Shown here in pieces: positions 50,757 to 64,000 of a DNA stretch of 64,000 nt. The notes under the pieces were generated by a model. That model searched no databases. It was not told the origin of the DNA and worked only from the letters and a program-made list of their open reading frames with translations. Origin of the DNA: Parasitella parasitica NRRL 2501 (lineage: Eukaryota; Fungi; Mucoromycota); contig MU619378.1 of the NCBI GenBank assembly GCA_025201805.1, positions 18,555-82,554 on the forward strand, given 5' to 3'. Positions within the stretch are counted from its first letter, which is position 1; every line of letters begins with the position of its first letter. The position numbers were made by a program, and so were the translations under genes.

Positions 50757-51364
50757 TTTCAAAGTGAAAATTGAAGAAAAAGAGCTTCTTGCTGCAAAAA
50801 GGGAAAAAGTCTTGTCTCCCTTTTTTCAGAAGCAGCCATTTAATATGTTGGGAGCATGCCTTCATATTGCACACGGCTTTCTTGCATATGACTATAGGCT
50901 TCAATCTTATGATATACATGACTTGACTGTTGAGCATTGTAGAATTGAGCATATGCATATATTTGATCATAAACAACCTTGGCTGCTCCGTCATGTTCTA
51001 TGGTGGCATCAAACGGCCGGCATTCTAACTACTAAACTTACCGCTTTTGTTTTATCACTCTAGCTTACGTTCACACAATACCTAAGCAAATAAATCTATT
51101 GAGATGATACTTTTGAATTATTAAATGGCTCTGCATTCATAAGAAATATATGTTAACTCTCAACTTTAAACATCATATCTTCTACAGCAATACAAGCATT
51201 TATCGAGTTGTATGATAATTGTCAATCTTGCTAACTGATGCTACCTGCTTCCTTCTTTTTTTGTTTTATTAAATGTGTCGAGTGTTGTATCAGAAGTTGC
51301 AGGTATATTGTCACTTATCTTCATTCCGCATGTTCACATATATAAACAACATTGTTGTATATTG

Positions 51365-51610
51365 GGTCTAATATCAGCACAACCAGCGCTATCTGAGCAT
51401 TATTTGATTTCCACTAGGCGATGTGCCTATCAAAAGTTATGTGCAGAAACAGTTTTTATTTTCATAATCACCAGACATTTGGCCATTAATTAATTAGTAG
51501 AAAAATCGAGATCGAATTTGAAAAACATAACCCTATCTAATGAAAATATTTCTATAAGACAAAAGTATCGATATCTATAAAGTTATCAACAGAAAACACA
51601 AATTTTTATA
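51365..51610 (+). repeat. Dispersed repeat copy 3
   Basis: cgctatctgagcattatttgatt..ggcgatgtgcctatcaaaagttatgtgc and gatatctataaagttatca shared with 1-250. Confidence 0.8.
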
Positions 51611-52800
51611 ATGTTCAGCTACCATATATTAGTATTACTATACCTTTGCAAAGTCTAAAGAATGTTGAGTAAACCATCAACAATCTTAATAATAGTTGCG
51701 AGAGACTCATTAGCTTGCTCCTTGATAAATATCTAATGAACTACAAAAAGAGATACAAATAGAGCTGATCGATAACTCTTAGATCTTTTTCTGTTATCAC
51801 CACTCAGTTGCTCATTTGCAATGCGACAAGCAAAGCCAATGTTCAAGTTATTACCTTCAGTTTCGAGTTATCTAGTTTGGTAGAATAATATCACTAATGA
51901 TCTGAATCAAGCCTATTATCTAATGAATTTGTGGTTTTCTGCTATCACTTATTGTCTTTGCTTGTTCTTTTTATAATCTAAGCTGAAAACAGGAACGAGA
52001 ATACATGATATGTTTTTGGCATATACTTTCAAAAAATACTATTCTCCACATTATACTCCTTAGCTTTAATAACAAAAGATATGTAATGGCCATGTTTTAC
52101 CTTTTTTGTATATGTCTATCGTATTGCCATCGCGGCAGTCAACAGTTAGACAAGTACTATGAGCTTCTTCTATAATGATCGCATTATATTATACATAATA
52201 TATTTAAATAAATCTGACTAGACACAGATCTTAGTATAGATTGGAGCCTTGATAAAATATCTCAACAAACATTTGATCTGTCACTACTGGACAACATTCT
52301 TTACTATAAAAAACTACCTTTTATCACATACATTTTCTCATCTGTTACTTGGCCAGTATTACCTACATGCAGTATATAGTAAGTAATGGCTGAGATAACA
52401 AAGCTAACAATGAGAATTGCCAATTTTCTACATACTCTCTTAGATTTTTGTACTCAATCACAAGCAATTACCATAGATGAGTTTTACTCTTTTGCTCTCG
52501 TTTATATTACATCATTGTGTGTCTTTCAAAATGGCAATGCCATTCCTTTTTCAGCAAAGGGAACGAAGGTACCATAGCCCAAGCAACAACGCAGCAAGGC
52601 AAGAGCAAACTGTAGATTGCAAAGGAACTTGTGAAGTAGTGTGCCAGAATGACATCATCCATGCTTGTTTCACAGCATCTTCTCATTATTTTACAATATG
52701 CGGGATGCTAAATGAGATAAAGCAAAGTAGAAACCAAGGTGCTTTTTTCTCTCTTTTTCGTGTGATTCACCATATCTAAACCACATAACTCAAATTCTTT

Positions 52801-54445
52801 ATGGATATAAAAAGCTGGTTAAGAACAGTATTGCAACATGTAAGCATTTTTGCATTATTTTCTACTCTTCACAGCCATCATTATTCGAAAAAAGAAAAAG
52901 AAAGATAGCTAATACTTCGTGATGTAGTATCAAGACCCAGAAAGAACCTTTCGAGATGTGGATGCAGTTCTTCAAACGTATCTATCTTTAAAACCAAAGA
53001 TGGATACCTACAGTACGTTCATTTTTCATACTAGCTCTGCAGATTATACGTTTGCTAAATTACATTTGTAGCGTCGAATGATGGTCATACGGAACTGTTA
53101 TTATGCTTACATGGCACAGTTCCCATCACCTATCGCTCTATTCCCTATAACATCCCGGTAGCTTTTTGGATCCCCAAAGAATATCCTAAATCTTCACCTA
53201 TCCCGTATGTCAAACCAACCGCAAACATGTTGATTAGAGAAGGTAGACATGTTGATAAAAGCGGTATGTGCTATCACCATTATAGATCAAGCTGGTCAAG
53301 TGATCAAGTAAGTATGCATAGGCTTTCTTTTCCCTTTCTCACTAATAATAATAATAATAATAAAAAAACCACCAGAAGCACACTTTTTTGGAGCTTGTTG
53401 CTATTCTACAGCAAGTGTTTGCCCAAGAGCCACCAGTATATACCAAGCCAACAAGCATTGCCACAAGCAATGTGGGATCGCCGCAAATACAGTCAGAATC
53501 GCTTTTGGATAAAGTTTCAACTTCCCAACAACAAAGACAATCAATGCCATCACAGTGTATAACAAACGGAAGCCCTGCCTTATCGCACGCATCACCGGAT
53601 ATGCATAGATGGATGGGGGAAAGCACAGCATTATACAATATGAATCAAGGACTGGCTGTAAGCATTGCATGTCTAATGCCACTAAATGGCACTAATGCTT
53701 CTAAATAGTCAATGAACCTGAATAATAACTTGACCAAGTCGGCATCACTCCCAGCGATCGCCAACATGCCGTATCCTCAGTTACCACAAACACCCACATT
53801 AATGCCTGGCAACGGCAATGTAGTAATAGATAAAAATAATGCACACAATAGTATCAACGGTTACAGTATCCAGGAATCGCTCTATAGGAAAGTGACAGAT
53901 AAATTGCAGCAATACAATGTATCAATTTCTGGGGACATGGATAGATTACTGCTCCAGAATCGACAATTGAATGAGGGAGAAATAAGCGTCGATCAAGAAT
54001 TCAGAGCTTTGACGGATATTAAGGAGCGATTGAAATACAACAATTTAGTTCTAGAATCGAAATCAATGGAAATTGACCAAGTAACAGAAAAAGTGAATGG
54101 GATACCAGATGTCCAAGTTGATGAGGCACTATGCGGAACAACCGTGGTTGCTAATCAGTAAGTTGATTCAAGGTTTAAAACGGGAATAGTGGTTGATAAA
54201 ATTCGACTTGTGCATAGGCTCTTTGAGTTGGTGGCAGATGATAATGCCATTTCTGATACAGTTTATTTTTTGGCTAAAGCTTTGAATTCTGAAAGAATTG
54301 ATTTGACACAATTCATGAAGGTAAGCAGCGGCTACATCTCCAATATTCCTGTTCTTTAATAGTTGTATTAATGTAGTACACCCGTATTTTATCAAGAGAA
54401 CAATTTATGAAGAGGGCTTTGATAAAAAAAATTACTCAAACTTGA
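52801..54445 (+). CDS. VPS23: ESCRT-I subunit Vps23/Tsg101; multi-exon
   Basis: MDIKSWLRTVLQH|YQDPERTFRDV; UEV domain LLCLHGTVPITY..YNIPVAFWIPKEYP..SP.PYVKPT; steadiness box LVADDNAISDTVYFL...SREQFMKRAL. Confidence 0.93.
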
Positions 54446-55086
54446 ATAAAAGCTCTTTGATGCGCATGAAAGCTTTGCAGATGTGTCGTTCAAATTCCTA
54501 TTTGAGGCATCTTTAAGATGATATGGTATTGACTCTGTGTAACAGCTAATGCACTTTCAAATAGGATCAAGGTACAACGAGGATATTGAGTCGGGATAAC
54601 ATCACCTTGTCATGATGATGTTTTCACTTGATATTAGCTGATTTAATTTGAATCTTGTTTAAAATTTTGAGAATAATCATTACAACATTATATTCCTAGA
54701 TAAAAGCGAAATATATAATATGTTGTATGAACAATTTGCAAATGTACTAATTGGGTCAGTTTTCGATTTAGCTTTAGTGTAACAATTAACATCTAATGCT
54801 ACAACTAAATAAACTACGCCTATTAACGTCTTATTTACTAGGCTTTTCATAGAGAAAAATAGATGGAAATATCGAGAGCATATCAGATCAATGAATGCTG
54901 CGATTAGTTGACGTAAAAGAACTTTTTCTCCTTCTTTTGAGCTCACACTTTGGTAGGAACCAACATCTCGGACTACAAATGTTGACCAAGGGTATCCCTT
55001 CAACAAGCCACCCCCACCCTTATATTATTCGGGAAACCTGGTCTTTTAGCCATTTCCAATCTATTCTTTCTGTTTCCATCTCTCTT

Positions 55087-55106
55087 NNNNNNNNNNNNNN
55101 NNNNNN
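55087..55106. other. Assembly gap (20 N)
   Basis: Run of n. Confidence 1.
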
Positions 55107-55148
55107 CGTAATATCTAATCAACAAGAAGGAGCCACTATCCAGGGAAA

Positions 55149-56736
55149 ATGTCTGCATACAAAGCTTTACTAACTTCAACTCCAAGACTCCGTTTGACCG
55201 CCAATGTTGTGCGCTACCAACAAAAGACAACCGTTCGTCACTATAGTTCACCTTTCAAAGTGTTTATTGATACCATCAAAGAGCAAATGGCCAAGGGTAA
55301 AGACGTAAAAAACTTGCAAGATGAAGCAGGCAGACTTAATGATAGTGAGGCACTTAAGAAGGCAAAGGAGATGTTTGAGAAAGCCAAGGTAATGGCGATA
55401 ACATCGTATGTTTGTATGCATAAACTTATTATTTGAATCTCGCTAGGCTCAACAATCTGCTCAGTCTGAACGCTTAAAGCAAGCAACTGAAAAGTTCACG
55501 AAGGCTGCTGAAAAGATGGGATCTTCTGTCAATGAGTCCTTCAAAAAGGCATCCGAGACCGAATTCGCCAAGGATACTTCAGAGAAAATAAAAAAGGCAG
55601 CAGAAACAATTAATAAAACTGCTGATCCTCTCAAAAAGAGTGAAGCTGTTGGTAAGATCACTGATTCTTTCAAGACAGTCTTGAAGGATAATAGCGGCAG
55701 ATATGGTGGTTTCGTGGACAAAGAAACTAGACGTAAATTGCGCGAGGAAGCACAAAAGACAACAGAAGGTGCTGCGAAGAATGTTGCCGAAAACCCTGAC
55801 GCTGGCGCCAGTATTGTCCTCCATAAAGACTCCAAGTGGAAGGAAAGCTGGAATAAATTCAAGGAAGATAGCCCCATCATGCAAGGTAAGATGTCAGACA
55901 AGGTGTTCCAGAAGAGTTGCACACTCAACGTTGTATGATTAGGCATCTTTCGTGCAAGAAGAAATTATGAAGAATCAGATAATGTATTTGTCTCTTATTC
56001 CCGTGCTTTTACTGATCGTATTTCAGATACCTTTGGTAAGTTGATTGAAAAGAAATTTTGAATAAGATGGTTTTTATTAACACGATTCTTTGGGCGGGAA
56101 ATAGGCTCTATTTTTGAAGAATCAGATCAAGCACAAGCTATTCGTGCCTTCCAATCCATTGATCCCACATTCAACATGGATAGATTTCTCACTGATGCTC
56201 GAAAATACATAGTTCCTGAGCTTATGGAAGCCTATTTGAAGGGTGATGTCGAAACACTGAAATTATGGTGTTCTGAAGCAGTAAGTGAGAAAAAGAAAAA
56301 AGAAGAGAGAGAGAAAAAGTATTCACATGTGTATCTACAGACATACAATGTGCTGACTGCCGTCATCCAAGCACAAATGCAACAAGGGTTGATCAGTGAT
56401 TGCAAGATTCAAGATTTGCGTGATATTGAAGTAAGCTTACTCGTTTTCCGACAAAATGAACAGAGTTAATTTTTTTTTTTTTTCGTGCATTAGTTGGTTG
56501 CTGCCAAAATTTTAGAAAATGATGTTCCTGTGTTGGTTTTGTCATTCCGCACGCAAGAGATTATTGTTTTCCGCAATGCCAAGAGTGGCGAAATTGTTTA
56601 CGGAAAGGAGGATTTGATTGAGCAAGTTACTTATGCCTGTGTACTTACCAAGGAACCGGAGGATCTCAATAACCCTGTTACAGGTGGCTGGAGAATCATT
56701 GATATGGCCAAGCATGACTCAAGACCTGTTTGGTAA
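55149..56736 (+). CDS. TIM44: Mitochondrial import translocase subunit Tim44; multi-exon
   Basis: SPFKVFIDTIKEQ, YGGFVDKETRR, LHKDSKWKESW, DPTFNMDRF...YIVPELMEAYLKGDVETLKLWCSEA, SFRTQEI, GWRIIDM. Confidence 0.95.
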
Positions 56737-57521
56737 TAAGCATCACTTTTTTTTTTATTTAAAAATAGACTTTATATACTCCCCTCCTCTTCCCCTCTCC
56801 TGCCTTCTCTCTTACACTTGTTTTATAATTTCATTTATATACACAGATTTACATATTGTAGAATAAGCATAAAAAATGGATTTTGTACTGTAGATGCTAA
56901 AATATTGACCCAAAACTGGCCACTGTATGCAAAATAATTTCGAATAATGATAAAGCTAAATGTTTAACCATGTGCAACTGTTAGAGCTTAAAAAGGACTT
57001 GACAAGGAAACTTGTATATATGCTTGTACAGGGTCAGGGGCATCTGTCATTGTTGATTCAGTGCCCGCGGACGTGCATATGATAATCTCGAGCAGACTTC
57101 ATCTCTTAACCATGGACGGGCTGTCAGAATTCACAGAAAGCAGATGATTTGGCAGGCGGCATTGTTCAATGTCCATTAAGGTTTATTATTCTGGACTAAA
57201 TGCTAATTATTGCCTTTCTTTCCCTTATAATTGTCATAATTGTTTAATCGGACCCAAGCAATAAGAAATTTTTGGCTGAGTGTTACATGGAATATCTACA
57301 CACAGACTTTAATAAGGACCCCCATAAACAGTGAGAGCACAAGGGAACTAATAAAGATGGTATTCCGATTGGCTCAAATAATCATGCCATTTACAACATG
57401 TAGCAATATAAATGTGATATATTTGCCTGTACAGTTATTCCGTTGCGGAATTGAAGAAGAGTATAAAATCAAGTTACCCCTATATTTTCTCTCTCTTTTC
57501 TTTCATCAACTCCAAGCTAAC

Positions 57522-60319
57522 ATGCAATATAAACACGATGATTTGCAGTCGCAAAACTCTTTCTCGTCTTCGTCGTCTACCTATTCATCGTCAACATCAA
57601 ACTCATCAGCAGCAGACGACCATTCTTCGAGCATTTCGTCGACGCAGTACACGCTAAACCAAGTTTTATCGAATCCAAAATTGCTATGTGCATTTGAATG
57701 CTTTCTTCGCCAAACATGGTCACATGAGAACCTGTTATTTATCGAGGCCATTACCCAATTAAAGCACGAAACCAACGCAAAGACGGTTGAAATCACGCTT
57801 CATAGAATATACAAGACATTCCTAGCCAAGGGCTCACCGCTAGAATTGAATGTCACCACTCAAGATCAAGTGAGAGAAGACATCCGGTCTTTGGAATGGG
57901 CCATCGTAGACAGAGTCGACGCTGTTACTATTTTAGAAGAAACGGAAGCACAAGTTGTTGACATGCTGGTATTACACACACGTTGCATCCTAATTTAGGC
58001 GCATGCTAAACTAATGAAATACTGAACTTTTATAGAAATCAAAGCTAGCCGAGTTTATTGACACAATGGATCTTCCAACTGGGTAAGGCACACAGTTACA
58101 CCAGACAACCTCATGCTCGTACTCATTTTATCATTGTATCATGTGTAAACAGGAATGTGAGTCCATCAAATATCACACATCAGCAAGTCAGCGTAGTCAT
58201 TATCGGTGGTGGATTCACTGTACGGTATATCAAAAGGCCATTCTATATTACTTATGCTTACGTTATATTACTACAAACAGGGCTTCACTGTTGCTTCCGT
58301 TCTAGACCAGATGCCCCGCTTCTATGTGACATTAATTGATACAAAAGGTACTCTACTACTGTATATGTATGAAACTTTGGATATTAAATCATTTTCCCTA
58401 GATTCATTTGAATATACCCCTGGTATTGTCAAGAAGATCATCAACCCTGAACAGACTAGTTCTCTTCGAGTTCGCCACGACGCCTATGTAAAGAACGGCA
58501 GGGTCATCATTGGCTATGCTGAGGATCTTGCCAATGGCGGTAAATCTGTCACAGTCAATCGCGAAAAGGTATATATTCAGTAGCTGGTATTTACACATTC
58601 TAATAGCATTGTGCAGATTACTTTTGATTATCTCGTAGTAGCCACGGGCAGCGCCTATTCCTCTCAACTTAAATCAACCGACACTTCTTCCTTGTATCGT
58701 ATGTCTGGCTTAGAAGAATCGTATCTAGAACTCTTGAAGGCTCGCAAGGTGTTAATCATTGGTGGTGGCCTTGTTGGTTGTGAACTCGCTTCCGAGATAT
58801 CCCAACATACATTCCCCGGTGCCTATACAAAGAAGGATGTTACTCTTGTAGATTCGCATTCAAATGTTGTCAATCGCAGCGATCCTCGTCAGCAATCTAT
58901 TGCCAACAAGTATCTTCGAGAACTTGGCGTTAAGGTCATCTGCAACGAAAGAATCCTTGATTTTGACTCCTCAAATGACAATGTCTATCTTGGTTCTAGT
59001 GGCCGAGTCTACGCTGGTTTCGATAAAATCTTTATCGCAACTGGCACTCGCCCCAATAGCAACTTGTTTGCTACAAACATGTGCGATAGCTCTTTAGACA
59101 ACTGTCTTGATGCATGGGGCCGTATCAAAGTTAGAGCTACTCTACAGATTGATCACTACAAATACGACCATATCTTTGCGGGAGGAGACGTTACGAATGT
59201 AGTCGAAGAAAAAACCGGTTACGCTGCCACTATTTCTGGTGTCTGCATTGCTCGAAACATCTGTAGACTAGTCAAGGGAAAAGCGCCTCTCAAACAGGGC
59301 ACGAAAGGTACTTTACCCGCTCCGCATAAGCCATTGCATGGCATGCTGGAACATGGTGGTATTGGAAAACGTAATGGATATCAAAAACACTGTAAACAAC
59401 CTTGTTTCCTAACACATTGTTCATGATAGAAAATCTCAATTCGATCAAGAAAAGGTTTTCGTTCCTTAATCCCTCTTGGGCAGCGCTGAAATACTTTGAC
59501 GAACAGCAGTTCCTAAAGATTGTGCAAGGCCAGGGATCTATCAATTCTTCTCAGGTTCTAGGTCGACTTCCAAGAAAACTAAATTTGCCTCTTCCAGCAA
59601 ACCCACCACAGCTGCAGCATTCCAGATCAAATTCCCAGAATAACCGCCCAGTGGCATCTGCTAGAATGCAAAGACAGCCTAGTGCACCTTCTACTACCAA
59701 CTACAACAATATTCCTAGTGTTCGGCCCAGAAGTTCCAGTCAATCTCAGCATCAACTATACTCTAGTTCCAGAATAGATGCGCTTAAACAGCAACAACCC
59801 AGGTCATCTTCGAGTAACACCAATTCAAAGAGTCGGTATGCCACTCCTCCCGAGAGACGCAATACACATTCTCCTCAGTCTAGTATCAGTAAAAGTGCAA
59901 ACACCAGCATCAGCACCAGCACCAGCACTAGTACTAGTATTAGTGCTTCATCATCCGAAAAGAATTTGAAATCTCTGGAAGGCCTCTTATTCGAGCATTT
60001 TACCTATGGTGGAGAAGATATCCACTTGTTTGCGAATGAAAACCAGCCCGCTACAGCTGCCAGTAGTCCTCATCCTACGGCTAGGACCACATCGTCTCCT
60101 ACCGTAGCCACTGTAACAAAAGCAACAACAACAGCAACCACCGAGAGAAGAGATACTCCAAGGCTCATGACATACGACAAGAATTTCCAATTGTCGCCCC
60201 CTCCTAAAAGAAGAGCAAGTCTAACTACATCATTTAATTCGCTTTCATGCTATGATTCCAAGCACTCTGTAAAATTAACAAGATCTACTTCCTTTTCCTC
60301 AATCATTCAAAACATTTAA
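57522..60319 (+). CDS. RGS domain fused to AMID/FSP1(AIFM2)-like FAD/NAD(P)H oxidoreductase, with S/Q-rich disordered tail; ~7 exons
   Basis: RGS: TLNQVLSN...FECFLRQTWSHENLLFIEAI...IYKTFLAKGSPLELNV. Oxidoreductase: VVIIGGGFT|G, FEYTPG, FDYLVVATGS, VLIIGGGLVGCELASEI, IFAGGD. Exons splice in frame. Confidence 0.85.
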
Positions 60320-63051
60320 ACTGTATAGCACAAATATGGACTTTGTATCACTCCTCCTTTCTTGCACTCCGCATTGCAACAAGCTCCAATTTCCTCACCT
60401 TATTATACTTTTTTTTATATTAATACCAATATGTATACTCATTTGATAAAGATTACTACTATTTACTATTATTATGGCTCTCACTGAGAATTGAAATGAT
60501 TGCCCATATGGTATTTTCCAGAATTGGATGCTATCATAATGGAAATTGAGGTATACTCATCCAATACAAGGATCTGAGATGAATTGCGCCTTTTTGCGAG
60601 GTTGACATTGTTGTACAACAGTAACCATGACTTTGGGATCTGTGACCCGATCAGTTTAGCAAAGAAAAAAAAAAAACTTTACGAAAACCTTGCGAAAAAG
60701 TGGTACGATCATTTCAGCGTGTATGCCAGAGAAAAAATTTAGTATTTCAATTTGTATCTCAATTAGCAATGTTAAGAAGGGGTATTTTCAGTTATATATT
60801 TTTATGAATCTACCATTATATGTCATTATATGACATATCTGTGCCAAATATATGAACAAATTTTTATTTTTCTGGGATGGGGGAGGGAGAAGGGCGAATA
60901 TAACAAACCCAAAACGATTTGAAGGGAATCTTATGGAAGGTTTTTGTGCATTCCTACAAATTGAGTAATATTTTAATCCGTCGTACCTAAACACTTCGTT
61001 ATATAATGAGGTACAACAAGTGCGCAATACAACTCAGACCAAGCAATATGTGCTGAAATATATTAACTGTCTTCTACTGAAATAACATGAAAATTAGGGA
61101 TGATAAATGTCGACAAGGCTTTGATTGCTTGAATGCGATGTATTTTGGAAGCAACAATTTAGTTGTGCATAATGGAATCTCCTAATTTCCATTAATGCAA
61201 AATTTGTAATTGAGTCTATCCAGTCTTTGAGGCAAGGTTTTATTAATTTTGGTATGGCGAATTAGACCATGTATGCGCAGAGCTCAAAATTTATTTGCGA
61301 GAGGCAAATTTGCTTTTTTATGGGATAATGAACCTCAATATCAAAGGTAAAACTTGTGGACTATAATCAACCAATCTTGAAGTTGGTTAATTGTCCACAC
61401 AAAAAAACTGTAAATATGCACACCCACTCGAATGCTACTAAAGTGCCTCTCCATTTTCAAATGGGGAAGAAAGGGGGGAGGGGAAGAATAAAAGCTAGGT
61501 GTGTGGAAATTACTCAATCTTATAGTGTCTTCATTACAATATATTAGTACATAATAACTTGAAAAATGTATAATAATCAATGACTGCATTACCCTTCTAT
61601 GCTACTGTTTTACAGAAAATAGTTTATATTACATTATTAACACCTCGACAAAAATCAGTTTATGCACATCAAGAACTTGCTTTTTTCTCTTATATTTATA
61701 GTGATGGAAGGCGCGCTATCAGCAGGTTGGCAGAAACAGTGCTATCTTGCTCCTTTATTAACATATAAAAGAGTAGAGTATAATGAAAAAACGACAAATC
61801 TCTTAATTGAATTTTGTTGATTAAAACTATAAAACTCTTTGGTCAACTAGAAATTTTATTGATATCTATATTGTTGTATTATGCCCTCTTTTCTTTTAAA
61901 CGAAAGCAAGCAAAATAACTTGATAAGTGTATAAATAATAGAGTGTGTTTCTTCCAAAAAATGATAAAATTGGATTATATTTATTGACAATGATCCCCAA
62001 AAGCCTTTGATTGAGCACGCAGCTGAATTTAAAAAACAAGCGCATTTTTTGTTCAGTTTGACAAAAAAAAAAAAAAACGTTTTCTAAGCTTTTTGATTGC
62101 ATATTTGATGCCAAATTTATATAGTCTCCAATCATAATAAAACAACCTGATACAAGGGCTGGTACTCTATTTAAATGTGTAAAAATTAAATTAAATTGTA
62201 TTGAAAAATTAATGGATTAAACAGAAAAACGAAATTTTGTTTTTTAGGCTAAAATGTCCAATTTTTTATACTTTAATCTATGAACAAAGATTGTGGATGA
62301 CATACTCCTAAAGCTAATAGAAAACATGCAGTATTCTTTAGGTTTTTAGCAATGTCTTTGCACTTTGGCTGAATATTTCTCCAGTTCATTGATCGAGTGG
62401 AGTAAAAACAACAAAATCTATCTATAACAACATGAAGACTTTTTTAGGTCGGGTATACTATTATATACCGAATGCTTTCAGTCTCTATTGACACAGATCG
62501 AGTTGTTCCTAAATTTGAGTTTGGCAAAGCAACCGTTGAGATTATATATGATGTCTTCCAAGAGGACATTTTTTCCCGTATAATTTGGAATGTTGTGATC
62601 TTTTTGAATATTGAAGATCATCTCCATTTTCCCAATATAAAGCGCACAGCGAAATGTTGTGCGAATGTGTTATTTTGACGTGATAAAGACTTCTGAGTAA
62701 AACTCCAAATACAAATCTGGAGACTTTTACAGATGTGATACATTATATGATATCTCTACTATTACTAAAACAAAATCTTGATCAATCATTACCCATATGA
62801 CTTGCTCTAAAATCAGCAAAATCTCATTTTGGCGGTATCTCGACAGCTAAGATAGATATTAGAATTCGGAAAGCGTGGTGAGATAAAGTTGTTATTTCAA
62901 AAGTCTGAGAAAATAAATCTGCCAAAGAATTACACTTTTTTCATAATACATCTCTCGATGTATTATATATACATTCATTACACTAGGGCCCTACTGTCTA
63001 ACTGCATAATGTAAATCATGACTACTCATGATTTACTGTAAGACCCTGGGA

Positions 63052-63077
63052 CTGATGTGAGATCCTGATGTGAGATC
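63052..63077. repeat. 13-bp tandem duplication (ctgatgtgagatc x2)
   Basis: Directly visible. Confidence 0.75.
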
Positions 63078-64000
63078 TTGCCATGTTATTGATATAACAA
63101 CAGTTATTTTACTTGTAATAAAAAGTATAAAAACAACAACAGATACAATTTAATCCCTTCTTTATTTTCGGAATAGGATAACGTGCAAAGGTTAGACATT
63201 TCTACTTGTGAAATTACTAGTAAAAAATATATAAAAAATACTTTTTAAAACTGTTTGATGTGTATGTCAATTTCCCAACCGGAAGTCAAACTCAAATAAA
63301 CTCAATTCTGAACACAATTCAGGAAGATATCCCACTTCACCTGATTAATTCACAACCGTTTTATTTGAATAATTTCTCATTCTGATAAATCAATCTGTTT
63401 ATTAGCTTGATTTGGAATCTCTAAGGTAGCTCCGTAAGAGATGACATTCAATTACTTTTTTCTGGGAAGTTCTATCTTCAGCACAGTACTAGAGACTTTT
63501 CTTTGACTCCAAATCAGTACCTCAAAATAATCCTGAAGGTGGACACAAATTTGAAAATTGAAAATTGAATATAAGGTGTGAGGTCCAAAAACATAGCGAA
63601 ATCTGAATAATGGTCCGAAATATTTGCGAATTGGACGCGTTCTTGAATAATTTAAACGAGAAATATTTTGGTTGAAATTGTTACGTTTCTATCGCTTAAT
63701 AGTTTTTAAAGATATCAGTAATTACAAATTATGTCTTTAAGCCTAGAAACCGGTTATATATCTGAGTTGGTGGTATTTATTTCAATCAAAAATGGAGCTA
63801 TACAAAAATGGTTTTTGAGCCTGTATTATACATTATCTCAACTATCAATTCGTATGGAGACATACGCAAGGTACCTACTAGAATTATGCTTTGCTCTTCA
63901 ATTGAAATTTGGTGTTGCACTCATTTACAGGAGCGAAAAAAAAGGCTGCAGATTGAATCTCAGCACTGTGTTTCCATTTGACCCAAACCAGTTTCGAATA

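Noticed and set aside
54612-54642. TGATGA...CTGA box C/D-like pair
   Set aside because: Only ~30 nt apart, too short for a snoRNA, and no guide sequence recognised
60320-64000. Short ORFs in the terminal 3.7 kb
   Set aside because: No recognisable domains or coherent exon chain; treated as intergenic

Overview
Gene-dense, AT-rich fungal genomic DNA with many short GT-AG introns (mostly ~50-70 nt). Gene content and intron style suggest a Mucorales (Mucor-like) fungus, which is an inference. About 24 protein-coding loci can be assembled by hand. Housekeeping genes include UTP18, TYS1, RPS28 (absent from the ORF track), GLO2, NDUFB8, RIB5, INO1, BDP1, VPS23 and TIM44, plus DEP1/Sds3-like, Whi3-like, SNF2, kinase, MFS, F-box and PQ-loop genes. 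An accessory block at ~9.5-13.6 kb holds a 5'-disrupted PD-(D/E)XK nuclease-like gene and a scrambled, degenerate Helitron. The window also has a probable LINE 3' end running into an assembly gap and a dispersed repeat present in three copies. The two most notable candidates are (1) a spliced in-frame fusion of an RGS domain to an AMID/FSP1-like FAD/NAD(P)H oxidoreductase (57.5-60.3 kb) and (2) an ASXH/DEUBAD + RAMA-like protein (3.4-4.7 kb), a candidate N6-methyladenine reader coupled to a deubiquitinase adaptor. A secreted choice-of-anchor-A adhesin-like protein and a probable 3-nt microexon are also notable. No tRNA, rRNA or CRISPR array was recognised. All domain calls come from motif recognition by eye, not database searches.
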